From an uncultured virus (IMG/VR IMGVR_UViG_3300027749_003369) (taxonomy: Duplodnaviria; Heunggongvirae; Uroviricota; Caudoviricetes): 64,000 nucleotides of DNA. The DNA is taken from the IMG/VR virus record IMGVR_UViG_3300027749_003369. One strand, written 5' to 3'. The position numbers were made by a program, and so were the translations under genes. Position 1 is the first letter of the stretch, and the number at the start of each line of letters is the position of its first letter. Positions 38,362-48,028 of the stretch are shown one piece after another. The notes under the pieces were generated by a model. The model was not told where the DNA came from. It was given only the letters and a program-made list of their open reading frames with translations, and searched no databases.

Positions 38362-38836
38362 AAATTTTAGAGAAACCAATCAAACTTGTAAAGCAGGAGA
38401 ATATTATTGCTATACAGATCAAAAATGTAAACCAATACCATTAAATTATAAAATAGATAATAGTGGAATGTTAGTAAAAGAAGATGACGGCGCTGCTGGT
38501 ATGATGGGGTCAGCTCCAACAAATAATGTAGGTGGTGGAGCAATTGCAGGTGTTGGTGTAGGACCTGCTGGTGAGCCTGGTGTCCAACCTAAAGACAATA
38601 TAACAGGCCAAGGTTTTGGTCTTAGAAAAAAGAAAAAGAATCCAGTTATGGGTATGTTGAAAAGAAAAGTTCAAGAAAATACCGATAACAATAACGTTAT
38701 GCTAAAACAAGTATTAGATAGTTTAGATAAAACAGATTTATTCATAGATAATATGAACGCACCTAAACAATCAGAAATTAAAATGGTTAAAGAAGAACCT
38801 AAAAAATCATTCAAAGAAAAATATAACATAAAATAA
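38348..38836 (+). CDS. Putative head-internal protein
   Basis: MKKFKNFRE; C..G.YYC....KC.PIP module; APTNNVGGGAIAG. Confidence 0.5.
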   Translation: MKKFKNFRETNQTCKAGEYYCYTDQKCKPIPLNYKIDNSGMLVKEDDGAAGMMGSAPTNNVGGGAIAGVGVGPAGEPGVQPKDNITGQGFGLRKKKKNPVMGMLKRKVQENTDNNNVMLKQVLDSLDKTDLFIDNMNAPKQSEIKMVKEEPKKSFKEKYNIK

Positions 38837-39399
38837 TGACTAAAAAAACATTCAAATCTTTTAAAGAATTTGCAAAAGATTATTTAAAAGAATATGACGA
38901 TGCTAACTTTTCTGGTATAGGGGGATTTTCTATTGGTAGTATGGATGCTATGAAACCTGAGGCAGATTTAGGAGATACTGCACCAAGAAATCAAGGTACA
39001 GGTGATAGTAGAGGTACTATGGCCGTCATGCCTTCTAAAAACATTCAACACAAATTAAATAGAAAAAACCATAATAAAAAAGACGACAAAGGTAAAACAA
39101 TGACAGGTCATTCTCTAACTAAAGTCGATACTACACCAACAATGACTGATACACAAGATACTAAAGATGTTGTAGATCACGTAATACCAAATTTACAGTT
39201 TGTAAACGAGAACGTTGCTAGAGAAAGCGTAACAAGAATAGAAACATCTAGTCATTCTATCGTTCATAAGATTCAGGCCGCTACTAATATGGCCGAGAGA
39301 GCCAAAGTAGCATCTGAAAGAAGTAGTGATACAGTTGTTAAGACTCAATTGAACGCTGCTTATAACATCTATAAGACTTATATAGATAAAACCAAATAA
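38836..39399 (+). CDS. Putative head-internal protein
   Basis: KTFKSFKEF...LKE N-terminus. Confidence 0.5.
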   Translation: MTKKTFKSFKEFAKDYLKEYDDANFSGIGGFSIGSMDAMKPEADLGDTAPRNQGTGDSRGTMAVMPSKNIQHKLNRKNHNKKDDKGKTMTGHSLTKVDTTPTMTDTQDTKDVVDHVIPNLQFVNENVARESVTRIETSSHSIVHKIQAATNMAERAKVASERSSDTVVKTQLNAAYNIYKTYIDKTK

Positions 39400-39413
39400 A
39401 AAGGAGTCAAGAA

Positions 39414-39548
39414 ATGATTAAAATGTTAGTATTAATTGCAATAGGTATAGTTATTGGTTGGTACATTCCAAGACCAGCAATAGTGGATACTGTTGTTAAT
39501 AAAGTAAAGAATAGTATAAATACTATTATAAACAAGTTTAGATCATAA
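39414..39548 (+). CDS. Small membrane protein (44 aa, not in ORF track)
   Basis: AAGGAG SD; MIKMLVLIAIGIVIGWYIP. Confidence 0.5.
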   Translation: MIKMLVLIAIGIVIGWYIPRPAIVDTVVNKVKNSINTIINKFRS

Positions 39549-39557
39549 GGTTATTAT

Positions 39558-40004
39558 ATGTTAAGTTTATTAGGCACATTATTAGGTTTTGGTACATCTA
39601 TCATACCCTCCATATTCGATATGTGGAAAGAAAAATCAAAAAGAGCCGCTGACTTAGAAGAATTAAAACTTCGAGCAGAACTTCAGCAAAGAGGAATAGA
39701 CCTTAACATTAAGATGATAGAAGCACAGGCCAATGCTGAAGAAGCAAAAGGTTTATATGATCAAGATGCTTCTTTAAAAGGAAGTCCTTGGATTGAAACA
39801 ATGAGAGCTTCAGTTAGGCCTGTGATTACATATGTTTTTTTTATACTTTTTGTTTTAATAAAAGTATGTGCGTTAATTGCATTATTGAGATTAGGCACTT
39901 CAGTAGTAGATTCAATACCTAAACTATGGGACGAAGAAACTGCAGGACTATTTTCTGCTGTTGTTGCTTTCTGGTTTGGTAATAGAGCATTTTCGAAAAA
40001 GTAG
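39558..40004 (+). CDS. Holin of 3TM (GTA-type) family
   Basis: RASVRPVITY...AFWFGNR; TATAAATA at 39515. Confidence 0.65.
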   Translation: MLSLLGTLLGFGTSIIPSIFDMWKEKSKRAADLEELKLRAELQQRGIDLNIKMIEAQANAEEAKGLYDQDASLKGSPWIETMRASVRPVITYVFFILFVLIKVCALIALLRLGTSVVDSIPKLWDEETAGLFSAVVAFWFGNRAFSKK

Positions 40005-40034
40005 AATGAATAAATAGTAGTATTAAAGGAACAA

Positions 40035-40697
40035 ATGAAAAGATTAACAGGTCTTTTATTATGTTTTATAATGGCTTTTACGCAAGTGATTTCGACAAGT
40101 GCTATAGCACAAAGTACCACACAGAATAATACAAGCGGAAGTAACACTTCAATTACAGGAGGTTATACTTCTTCTACTTCTGAAACATACCAGTCAGGTT
40201 CTAGTAATACTTCAAATACTACAACGACTTCTAATTCTACTGCATATTCAGGAGACACTAGAGTAGCTGCGGTTGCATCTGCTCCAAGCATGTCTGCCTA
40301 TTCACAAGATTTATGTTCTGTTGGTTACAGTGCAGGACTATCAACAGTAGGTTTAGGTTTTTCAGGAGGTTCTTATTACAGAGATGAGAATTGTGAAAGA
40401 ATTAAACTATCTAAAACATTAAACGACTTAGGCATGAAAGTGGCCGCAGTGTCTATTCTATGTCAAGACCCTAGAGTATTTTTTGCAATGGAACAATCAG
40501 GAACACCATGTCCTTTCGAAGGTAAAATTGGTGCTGAAGCTACACAACAGTGGGCAAAATACGATAAGTTAAGACCAGACTACAATCAATATGTAGATAA
40601 ACTTAAAGTAATAGAGGCAACTCAAAAAGAAGAAGAAATTAAAAAAATAGAGTTGCTAAAAAAACAACAAGAAAACAATACCCCTAAAACTAACTAA
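40035..40697 (+). CDS. Secreted Ser/Thr-rich protein with Cys motifs
   Basis: Signal peptide; D.C...DENCERIK...LCQD.RV...GTPCP. Confidence 0.6.
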   Translation: MKRLTGLLLCFIMAFTQVISTSAIAQSTTQNNTSGSNTSITGGYTSSTSETYQSGSSNTSNTTTTSNSTAYSGDTRVAAVASAPSMSAYSQDLCSVGYSAGLSTVGLGFSGGSYYRDENCERIKLSKTLNDLGMKVAAVSILCQDPRVFFAMEQSGTPCPFEGKIGAEATQQWAKYDKLRPDYNQYVDKLKVIEATQKEEEIKKIELLKKQQENNTPKTN

Positions 40698-40719
40698 TAC
40701 AACACCGAAAGGAGTGAGT

Positions 40720-40785
40720 ATGGATATTATAATATTAACAATACTTGTTACTATATGTTGTTATATTGTAATTACTAAAAGTTAA
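40720..40785 (+). CDS. Tiny hydrophobic peptide (21 aa)
   Basis: AAGGAG SD; MDIIILTILVTICCYIVITKS; TAATG coupling to the next gene. Confidence 0.35.
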   Translation: MDIIILTILVTICCYIVITKS

Positions 40786-42878
40786 TGACTAATAGATATA
40801 AAATTACATTAGCAATTTTCTTTATACTAAGTTTACTTGTAGGAGCTAGATATTCTTATGGTCAAATCAATACAAGCAATTCAAGTAATACAAAAACTGT
40901 ATCAACATACGTTACACAAAATGCTAATGGTTCAACTACAACTACAACTTCAAAAACAACCACACTTCCAATAGGTACAACAACAAAACAAACTAATACA
41001 CCAACTTTAGGAGATATTACTTACAGTTCTTTAAATCAAGTTACTACTGTAAATACTTCAATTACAAATAATCAAAACACAGGTAATGTATTAGCGAATT
41101 ATAATTTTTGTAGTACAATAGGTGGTTCACCGGTATGGACAGGAACAAACGTAACAGGCGGAACTAGTGATATGGGTTGTAACTATTTAACAGGTAAAGG
41201 CACAACTTCTTATGCTGAAACATCAGCACCATTAACAGGATTAGGAATAAATGTTGTATCTCAAGCCTATGGATTTACTCAATCAGCATCTGCTAAAACA
41301 GATTTTTGGTTTTCTAATCCTATGGGATTAACAATATCACAATCAGTTACTAACTTAGATACAGGAGAAATCATCACACAAAATAGAAGTATGTCTAGTA
41401 ATGGAATACCTAGTGGTAATGGCGCAGGAAATATTGCAGGCTTTATTGATAGACCATTAGATAATATTATTATAGGTCAAAAAACAAATTATGACGGTAC
41501 TTCTCAATTAACATTAGGTTATCAATCAAAGTTAAGATTTGATTTTGGTTCGTCAAGTAATAATTTTAGTGGTGTTGATGTTGCATCACCTAGTCTTAGT
41601 ATTTCTTATAACTATGTTGATCAAAATATAAGTTCAGTACTTGTAACTAATACAGCAGTTGTTTTATGTTGGCAAAATACTCCATCAACTTGTCCTCCAG
41701 ATTTAACGTCATTAAATTATGCACCCACATCATTACAAAATTTGCCTTTTTTAATAACAGATAAATCAATTTCTGCTAATCCTGATTTTGTAATTAGTAC
41801 ACTTCCGCCAGTATCGTTTGATAAATTTTTAACTGCACCAATTATGCAACAACAAAATGAAAAATTAGGAATTGCAACATTTGGTGATCCTATGGCATTC
41901 TCAGGTCCTATGATGGCACCACCTCCTCCACTTGCAAATTTTACAGGACCTATATCAAATTTATTTGGTGCTGATGGTAAATCTACAGGAGGTTATGTAG
42001 GCACCAATGACGATAAAGCATCTCTAGCATCAAAAGGTATTACAGCAGGAGATGGTTCATTAGGTCCAGGTAAATTTACTTACATTGCACCAGGTGCAAC
42101 AGCAACTTCAAATAATACACTAGATACTTCTAAACCAGTTGCAACAACTTCCACGACAGATGGACCAATGTCCACAACACCGGCGCCAACTAAAACAGTT
42201 TCTACAGCTGACGGACCAATGTCCGCAGCACCGACAAAAACCGCTTCTACTACTTCTAATGATACAACAACAGGAGGAACAAATGCTAACACTACGTCAG
42301 GTCCACAGAATACGACAACTAGTAAGACAACAGATTCGCCAACACAAACAACGCAAGCTCCAGCAGCTCAGCCTGGAACAACTCAAAGTGCGAAAACAGA
42401 AGGATCGCAGACGCAGACGACTAATGAAAAAAGTGTATCAGATTCAAAGACTACATCAACTTCAGCGGGGATTACTTCTACTGGAGATGCCAAGGCAGAT
42501 GCCAAATCAGCAAGCATAGATGCAAAAATAAAGTCTGAATTGGCAAAAGTTGATAGAACATTAATGACGGTAAGCGAAAGAACAAGGGCAATACAAGATA
42601 TAAAACTAGATGGTATGAAAGCAAGTGCAGCTGATTTATCGTCATATGAAAACAAAAGATTACAAGACGGTAAAACAATGGTTGGAATACCTAATTCAGA
42701 CTTCTACAAACAGATAAATATATCACAGCAACAAATATACAAAGACGCTACATTATCGGCGTATATAATTAAAGACCCTATTGCTGTAAAACAACGTCTC
42801 TTAAAGGAGATTGAAGATGAACAAAACAGTATTATATTAGAAATTGAAATGTTAAAAAAAGGAATAAAAAAAGGATAA
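40785..42878 (+). CDS. Large secreted/membrane-anchored Thr/Ser-rich protein
   Basis: N-terminal signal/TM segment, low-complexity linker with DGPMS repeats, C-terminal coiled coil. Confidence 0.6.
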   Translation: MTNRYKITLAIFFILSLLVGARYSYGQINTSNSSNTKTVSTYVTQNANGSTTTTTSKTTTLPIGTTTKQTNTPTLGDITYSSLNQVTTVNTSITNNQNTGNVLANYNFCSTIGGSPVWTGTNVTGGTSDMGCNYLTGKGTTSYAETSAPLTGLGINVVSQAYGFTQSASAKTDFWFSNPMGLTISQSVTNLDTGEIITQNRSMSSNGIPSGNGAGNIAGFIDRPLDNIIIGQKTNYDGTSQLTLGYQSKLRFDFGSSSNNFSGVDVASPSLSISYNYVDQNISSVLVTNTAVVLCWQNTPSTCPPDLTSLNYAPTSLQNLPFLITDKSISANPDFVISTLPPVSFDKFLTAPIMQQQNEKLGIATFGDPMAFSGPMMAPPPPLANFTGPISNLFGADGKSTGGYVGTNDDKASLASKGITAGDGSLGPGKFTYIAPGATATSNNTLDTSKPVATTSTTDGPMSTTPAPTKTVSTADGPMSAAPTKTASTTSNDTTTGGTNANTTSGPQNTTTSKTTDSPTQTTQAPAAQPGTTQSAKTEGSQTQTTNEKSVSDSKTTSTSAGITSTGDAKADAKSASIDAKIKSELAKVDRTLMTVSERTRAIQDIKLDGMKASAADLSSYENKRLQDGKTMVGIPNSDFYKQINISQQQIYKDATLSAYIIKDPIAVKQRLLKEIEDEQNSIILEIEMLKKGIKKG

Positions 42879-42881
42879 TTT

Positions 42882-43118
42882 ATGATAGGAAAAATTAAAG
42901 ATAATCTCAAGGAAATAATTGCTACAGTTGCAATCGTTGGCGCAATTGGTGGAGGCTTCATTAAATATGGAGAAATTATGTCTAAGATAGATAGTATAGA
43001 TCCATCAAAAGCAAGTCAAGTTAAACAAGAATTAGCATTAGTTCAAAAAGAAGTTGAACTATTAAAAGTTCAAATTAAAGAATTAAGAGCATTAAATTCT
43101 AATCCGTTAGCAAGATAA
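42882..43118 (+). CDS. Small TM + coiled-coil protein
   Basis: IIATVAIVGAIGGGF; C-terminal NPLA. Confidence 0.55.
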   Translation: MIGKIKDNLKEIIATVAIVGAIGGGFIKYGEIMSKIDSIDPSKASQVKQELALVQKEVELLKVQIKELRALNSNPLAR

Positions 43119-43121
43119 TAA

Positions 43122-43547
43122 ATGGAAAACGACAACTTAGATATAAGAGTAGAGTTAGAAGGCGTTAAAAAAGACCTTGAAAACATTAGTGGCATCAATA
43201 ATCGTTTAGATACGGCTATTGAGAAATTAACTGATGTTTCTTCTTGCATTAAATCTATGTTGGCCGTGCATGAAGAAAAGATTGAAAGACAAGAAAAAAC
43301 AGACGCAATTATATTTGAAAAGATTAAAGATAGAGCGGATGAAATTGATAATGTCTATAGAGAATTGCAAAGAGAAATTAATCAAGTTGAACGAAGATTG
43401 CTTACAGAGATAAAAGCATTACGAAATGATATAGGCAGTAGAGTTAGTATGCTTGAAAAGGCCAGATGGATTCTTTTAGGTGCGGCCATTGTAGTTATAT
43501 TTTTAATAACAAAAGATTTCAATAAACTATTAAGTATATTCGGTTAA
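43122..43547 (+). CDS. Coiled-coil protein with C-terminal TM
   Basis: RLD.AIEKL...MLAVHEEK...LEKARWILLG. Confidence 0.6.
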   Translation: MENDNLDIRVELEGVKKDLENISGINNRLDTAIEKLTDVSSCIKSMLAVHEEKIERQEKTDAIIFEKIKDRADEIDNVYRELQREINQVERRLLTEIKALRNDIGSRVSMLEKARWILLGAAIVVIFLITKDFNKLLSIFG

Positions 43548-43556
43548 TAAAATAGG

Positions 43557-43585
43557 TTGACAAACAACACAAACTATAGTATATT
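43557..43585 (+). promoter_or_regulatory. Sigma70-type promoter for primase, near-identical to the gene 55 promoter
   Basis: TTGACAAACAACACAAACTATAGTATATT. Confidence 0.75.
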
Positions 43586-43597
43586 AGTTCTTGTGTT

Positions 43598-44602
43598 ATG
43601 TCATCTTATATTGATTTAAAATTTATTAATTTATTATCGTCCAGGTTGAGTAAGTTCAAAAGAAAGAACGACAATTTATTTAATTTTAGATGTCCACATT
43701 GTGGAGATTCTCAAAAAAATAAAAGTAAAGCAAGAGCATATTTTTATAGAGTTAAAAATGATATGTTCTTTAAATGTCATAACTGTGGTATGGGTCAAAA
43801 CCTGGCCAATTTTATTAAGTTTATAGATACTAAATTGCATGATGAATTTGTATTAGAAAGATATAAAGGATCAGCACCAGCAACACCTAAACCAAACTTT
43901 AATTTTAAACCACCAGTATTTAAAGAGATTAATATTGTAGAAGAATTACCTACAATATCAGAATTACCTGATAAACACCCAGCCAAAAAATATATTATTA
44001 AAAGAAAAATACCAGATAAGTTTTTCGATATACTTTACTATACAGATGAATTTATGTCTTTAGTTAATAAGATAAAGCCAGATACATTTAATAATTTTAA
44101 AGGTGAACATCCAAGATTGATAATACCTTTCTATGATACAACTGGTAATTTATTTGCAATTCAAGGTAGAGCGTTTGGTAAAGAACAACCAAAATATTTA
44201 ACAATTAAGCTTGACGAAACTAAACAAAAGGTATATGGTTTAGAAAGAGTAAATTTTCAAAAACATATTTACATTACTGAAGGACCAATTGATAGTCTGT
44301 TTATAGATAATTGTTTAGCGGCCGCAGGCGCTGACTTGATATTAAAAGTTAGTCCAGAAAATGTAACATATATTTTTGATAATGAACCTAGAAATAAAGA
44401 AATAGTAAAACGCATGTATAAAATGATTGATAAAAATTATAATATTTTTATATGGCCAGAATCAATACAATCAAAAGATATCAATGATATGATTATATCA
44501 GGAAGATTAATTGATGAGGTTAAAAGTATTATAAGTAATAACACATATAACAAATTATCAGCGTTAACTAGATTAAATATTTGGAAGAAATGTAGTATAT
44601 GA
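43598..44602 (+). CDS. 61: DNA primase gp61
   Basis: CPHCGDS...CHNC zinc finger; TEGPIDS, DNEPRN and KDIND TOPRIM motifs. Confidence 0.95.
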   Translation: MSSYIDLKFINLLSSRLSKFKRKNDNLFNFRCPHCGDSQKNKSKARAYFYRVKNDMFFKCHNCGMGQNLANFIKFIDTKLHDEFVLERYKGSAPATPKPNFNFKPPVFKEINIVEELPTISELPDKHPAKKYIIKRKIPDKFFDILYYTDEFMSLVNKIKPDTFNNFKGEHPRLIIPFYDTTGNLFAIQGRAFGKEQPKYLTIKLDETKQKVYGLERVNFQKHIYITEGPIDSLFIDNCLAAAGADLILKVSPENVTYIFDNEPRNKEIVKRMYKMIDKNYNIFIWPESIQSKDINDMIISGRLIDEVKSIISNNTYNKLSALTRLNIWKKCSI

Positions 44603-46905
44603 CAATTGAAAAGATTTTAGTACAGAAAAGAAACTCCCGAGAAAAAGAACCTCTTAATATTGAAAAGATACACCAGATGGTGGAGTTTGCTTGTGAAGAT
44701 ATATCAGGCGTGTCAGCATCACAAGTTGAAATGAAAAGCGGTTTACAATTTTATGATGGTATAACTACAGATGAGATACAACAAATTCTTATTAAATCAG
44801 CTTCAGATTTAATTTCATTAGAAACTCCTAATTACCAATACGTTGCAGCCAGATTATTACTATTCAGTTTAAGAAAAAGTATTTTTAGAAAACTTTGGGA
44901 TCATCCACATTTATATGAACACACTAAAAAATGTGTAGATAAAAAAATTTATGATGCTGAAATATTAAAACAATACGACAAATCAGAATTTGATCGTATG
45001 AATATGTGGATAGACCATACAAGAGATTACAATTTTACATACGCTGGATTAAGACAAGTAATAGACAAATACTTAGTACAAGATAGAAGTTCAGGTGAAG
45101 TTTATGAAACTCCACAGTTTATGTATATGATGATATCAGCAACGATATTTTCAAAATACTCAAAAGAAAAAAGGATGACTTATGTTAAAAAGTATTATGA
45201 TGCTATTTCGAGGTTTAAAATTAATATTCCAACTCCTGTTATGGCTGGCGTTAGGACTCCTGTTAAGCAGTATGCTAGTTGTGTGCTTGTTGATATTGAT
45301 GATACTCTACCAAGTATATTTACTGGTGATATGGCTATCGGAAGATATATTGCACAGCGTGCCGGTATCGGAATTAACTCAGGCCGCATACGAGGAATTA
45401 ATTCACGCATACGAGGTGGTGAAGTTCAGCACACTGGTGTAATACCATTTCTTAAAAAGTTTGAGGCAACAGTCAAATGTTGTACACAGAATGGCGTAAG
45501 AGGTGGCAGTGCAACCGTACATTTCCCAATATGGCACCAAGAAATATCAGATATATTAGTTCTTAAAAACAATAAAGGTTCAGAAGATAATAGAGTAAGA
45601 AAATTAGATTACTCAATTCAATTATCTAAATTATTTTATCAAAGATTTATTAATGATGAACAAATAACATTATTTTCACCACATGATGTACCTGAATTAT
45701 ATGATACATGGGGTACAGATAAGTTTGATAAACTATATGAAGAATATGAAAAGAAAACTTCTATTAAAAAGAAAAAGATATCAGCACAAGAATTAATACA
45801 AAGTTTATTAAAAGAACGTGCAGAAACAGGCCGTATCTATATTATGAATATAGACCATTGCAATACACATTCATCATTTAAAGATACAATTACAATGTCA
45901 AACCTTTGCCAAGAGATTACATTACCTACTAAACCATTACAACATATAGATGGTGATGGAGAGATTGCATTATGTATATTATCAGCAATCAATTTAGGTA
46001 TATTAAGAGATTATGAAGAATTAGAACAGTTATGTGATTTATCAGTAAGATCGTTAGATGAAATTATAGATCACCAAGAATATCCAGTTAAAGCCGCAGA
46101 AGTATCAACTAAGGCCAGAAGAAGTTTAGGCATAGGGTATATTGGTCTAGCACACTATCTAGCAAAAAACAAATTAATGTACCATGAAAAAGGTGCGTGG
46201 AAATTAGTAGATGAATTAACAGAAGCATTCCAATACTATCTTTTAAAAGCAAGCAATACACTTGCAAAAGAAAAAGGTAAGTGTGAATACTTTAATAGAA
46301 CAAAATATTCTGATGGTATCTTACCAATTGATACCTACAAAAAAGAGGTGGATGAAATAGTAACCAGAAAACTATCATTTAATTGGGAGAAATTGAGGAA
46401 GGATATTGTTGAGCATGGCCTTCGACATAGCACACTCTCAGCTCAAATGCCATCAGAATCTTCAAGTGTTGTATCTAATGAAACAAATGGTATAGAACCA
46501 CCTAGAGATTACTTGTCAGTTAAAAAGTCTAAGAAAGGTCCATTAAAACAAGTAGTACCTAATTATAATCAATTAAAGAATTTTTATACCTTACTTTGGG
46601 ATATGAAATCAAATGAAGGATATATAAATGTAGTAGCAGTGATGCAGAAGTATTTTGATCAGGCAATTAGCGGCAACTGGTCATATAATCCTGAAAATTA
46701 CGACACAGGACAGGTACCTTTATCAGTAATGATAAATGACCTATTAACCACGTATAAGTATGGTTGGAAGACTTCCTATTATCAAAATACTTATGATGGT
46801 AAGAAAGATGAAGATGAACCGGCACATCCAATAGGATTTAAGGATAACGTTCCAGAAACGGTACCTTCAATTGATGATGATGATTGCGAATCTTGTAAAA
46901 TATAA
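44599..46905 (+). CDS. nrdA: Ribonucleotide reductase class Ia alpha subunit (with ATP cone)
   Basis: PTPVMAG, SNLCQEI, MPSESSS and C-terminal CESC. Confidence 0.97.
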   Translation: MTIEKILVQKRNSREKEPLNIEKIHQMVEFACEDISGVSASQVEMKSGLQFYDGITTDEIQQILIKSASDLISLETPNYQYVAARLLLFSLRKSIFRKLWDHPHLYEHTKKCVDKKIYDAEILKQYDKSEFDRMNMWIDHTRDYNFTYAGLRQVIDKYLVQDRSSGEVYETPQFMYMMISATIFSKYSKEKRMTYVKKYYDAISRFKINIPTPVMAGVRTPVKQYASCVLVDIDDTLPSIFTGDMAIGRYIAQRAGIGINSGRIRGINSRIRGGEVQHTGVIPFLKKFEATVKCCTQNGVRGGSATVHFPIWHQEISDILVLKNNKGSEDNRVRKLDYSIQLSKLFYQRFINDEQITLFSPHDVPELYDTWGTDKFDKLYEEYEKKTSIKKKKISAQELIQSLLKERAETGRIYIMNIDHCNTHSSFKDTITMSNLCQEITLPTKPLQHIDGDGEIALCILSAINLGILRDYEELEQLCDLSVRSLDEIIDHQEYPVKAAEVSTKARRSLGIGYIGLAHYLAKNKLMYHEKGAWKLVDELTEAFQYYLLKASNTLAKEKGKCEYFNRTKYSDGILPIDTYKKEVDEIVTRKLSFNWEKLRKDIVEHGLRHSTLSAQMPSESSSVVSNETNGIEPPRDYLSVKKSKKGPLKQVVPNYNQLKNFYTLLWDMKSNEGYINVVAVMQKYFDQAISGNWSYNPENYDTGQVPLSVMINDLLTTYKYGWKTSYYQNTYDGKKDEDEPAHPIGFKDNVPETVPSIDDDDCESCKI

Positions 46906-46914
46906 TGGAGAAAA

Positions 46915-48018
46915 ATGAGTAGATCAGTATTTAATAAAGCAAAAGGTTTAGATTTTACCAAAGCACAAATGTTTTTTGGTGACGATTTGGCCGTTCAAAG
47001 GTATGATACATTTAAGTATCCTATTTTTGATAAGTTAACACAACAACAGTTAGGTTTCTTTTGGAGACCTGAGGAAATATCATTACAAAAAGATCGTAAT
47101 GATTACCAAGAACTAAGACCAGAACAGAAAAATATTTTTACATCTAATTTAAAATATCAAACAATGTTAGATAGCGTACAAGGACGCGGACCTTGTTTGG
47201 CATTTTTACCGTTTTGTTCTTTACCAGAATTAGAAGGTTGTATTGTAACATGGGATTTTATGGAGACAATACATAGTCGTTCATATACTTACATTGTAAA
47301 AAATTTATATGCAAATCCAGGTGAAATTTTTGATACGATTATCGAAGATAAGAAAATTGAAGAACGTGCAGAATCAGTAACCAAGTGTTATGATGACTTA
47401 ATAGAAATGGGTTACAAGTATCAATTGACACCAGATAAAGTTGACATGTATGAATTAAAGAAAAGATTGTGGAAGGCATTGATCACAGTAAACATATTAG
47501 AAGGATTAAGATTTTATGTATCGTTTGCTTGTAGTTTTGCTTTTGGTGAATTAAAACTATTAGAAGGTTCAGCAAAGATAATCTCATTGATTGCAAGAGA
47601 TGAAAGTCAACATCTAGCAGTATCACAAAGAATTATTAATAATTATAAAGAAGTTGAAAATGATAAAGTAATGTTAAAGATTATAAAAGATACAGATGCA
47701 GAAGTTTATAAAATGTATGATGACGCTGTTAAGTCAGAAAAACAATGGGCAACTTATTTGTTCTCACAAGGTTCTATGATAGGTTTATCTGAAAAATTAT
47801 TACATCAATTTGTAGAATACACAGCAAATCGTAGAATGAAAGCAATTGGTTTAGAACCTAGATATGATACTAAGATAAATCCATTACCGTGGGTTGATCA
47901 CTGGTTAAATAGTAAATCAATGCAAAATGCACCACAAGAAACAGAAATAGAAAGTTATGTTATTGGCGGTATTAAACAAGATGTAACAAAGGATCAATTT
48001 AAAAAGTTTAAATTATAA
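46915..48018 (+). CDS. nrdB: Ribonucleotide reductase beta subunit
   Basis: FFWRPEE, ETIHSRSY, DESQH and APQETE. Confidence 0.97.
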   Translation: MSRSVFNKAKGLDFTKAQMFFGDDLAVQRYDTFKYPIFDKLTQQQLGFFWRPEEISLQKDRNDYQELRPEQKNIFTSNLKYQTMLDSVQGRGPCLAFLPFCSLPELEGCIVTWDFMETIHSRSYTYIVKNLYANPGEIFDTIIEDKKIEERAESVTKCYDDLIEMGYKYQLTPDKVDMYELKKRLWKALITVNILEGLRFYVSFACSFAFGELKLLEGSAKIISLIARDESQHLAVSQRIINNYKEVENDKVMLKIIKDTDAEVYKMYDDAVKSEKQWATYLFSQGSMIGLSEKLLHQFVEYTANRRMKAIGLEPRYDTKINPLPWVDHWLNSKSMQNAPQETEIESYVIGGIKQDVTKDQFKKFKL

Positions 48019-48028
48019 AAAAGGAAAT

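Noticed and set aside
19667..48018. Introns or inteins in gp43, gp41, nrdA and nrdB
   Set aside because: ORFs are continuous and of normal length, with no intein or homing endonuclease motifs seen
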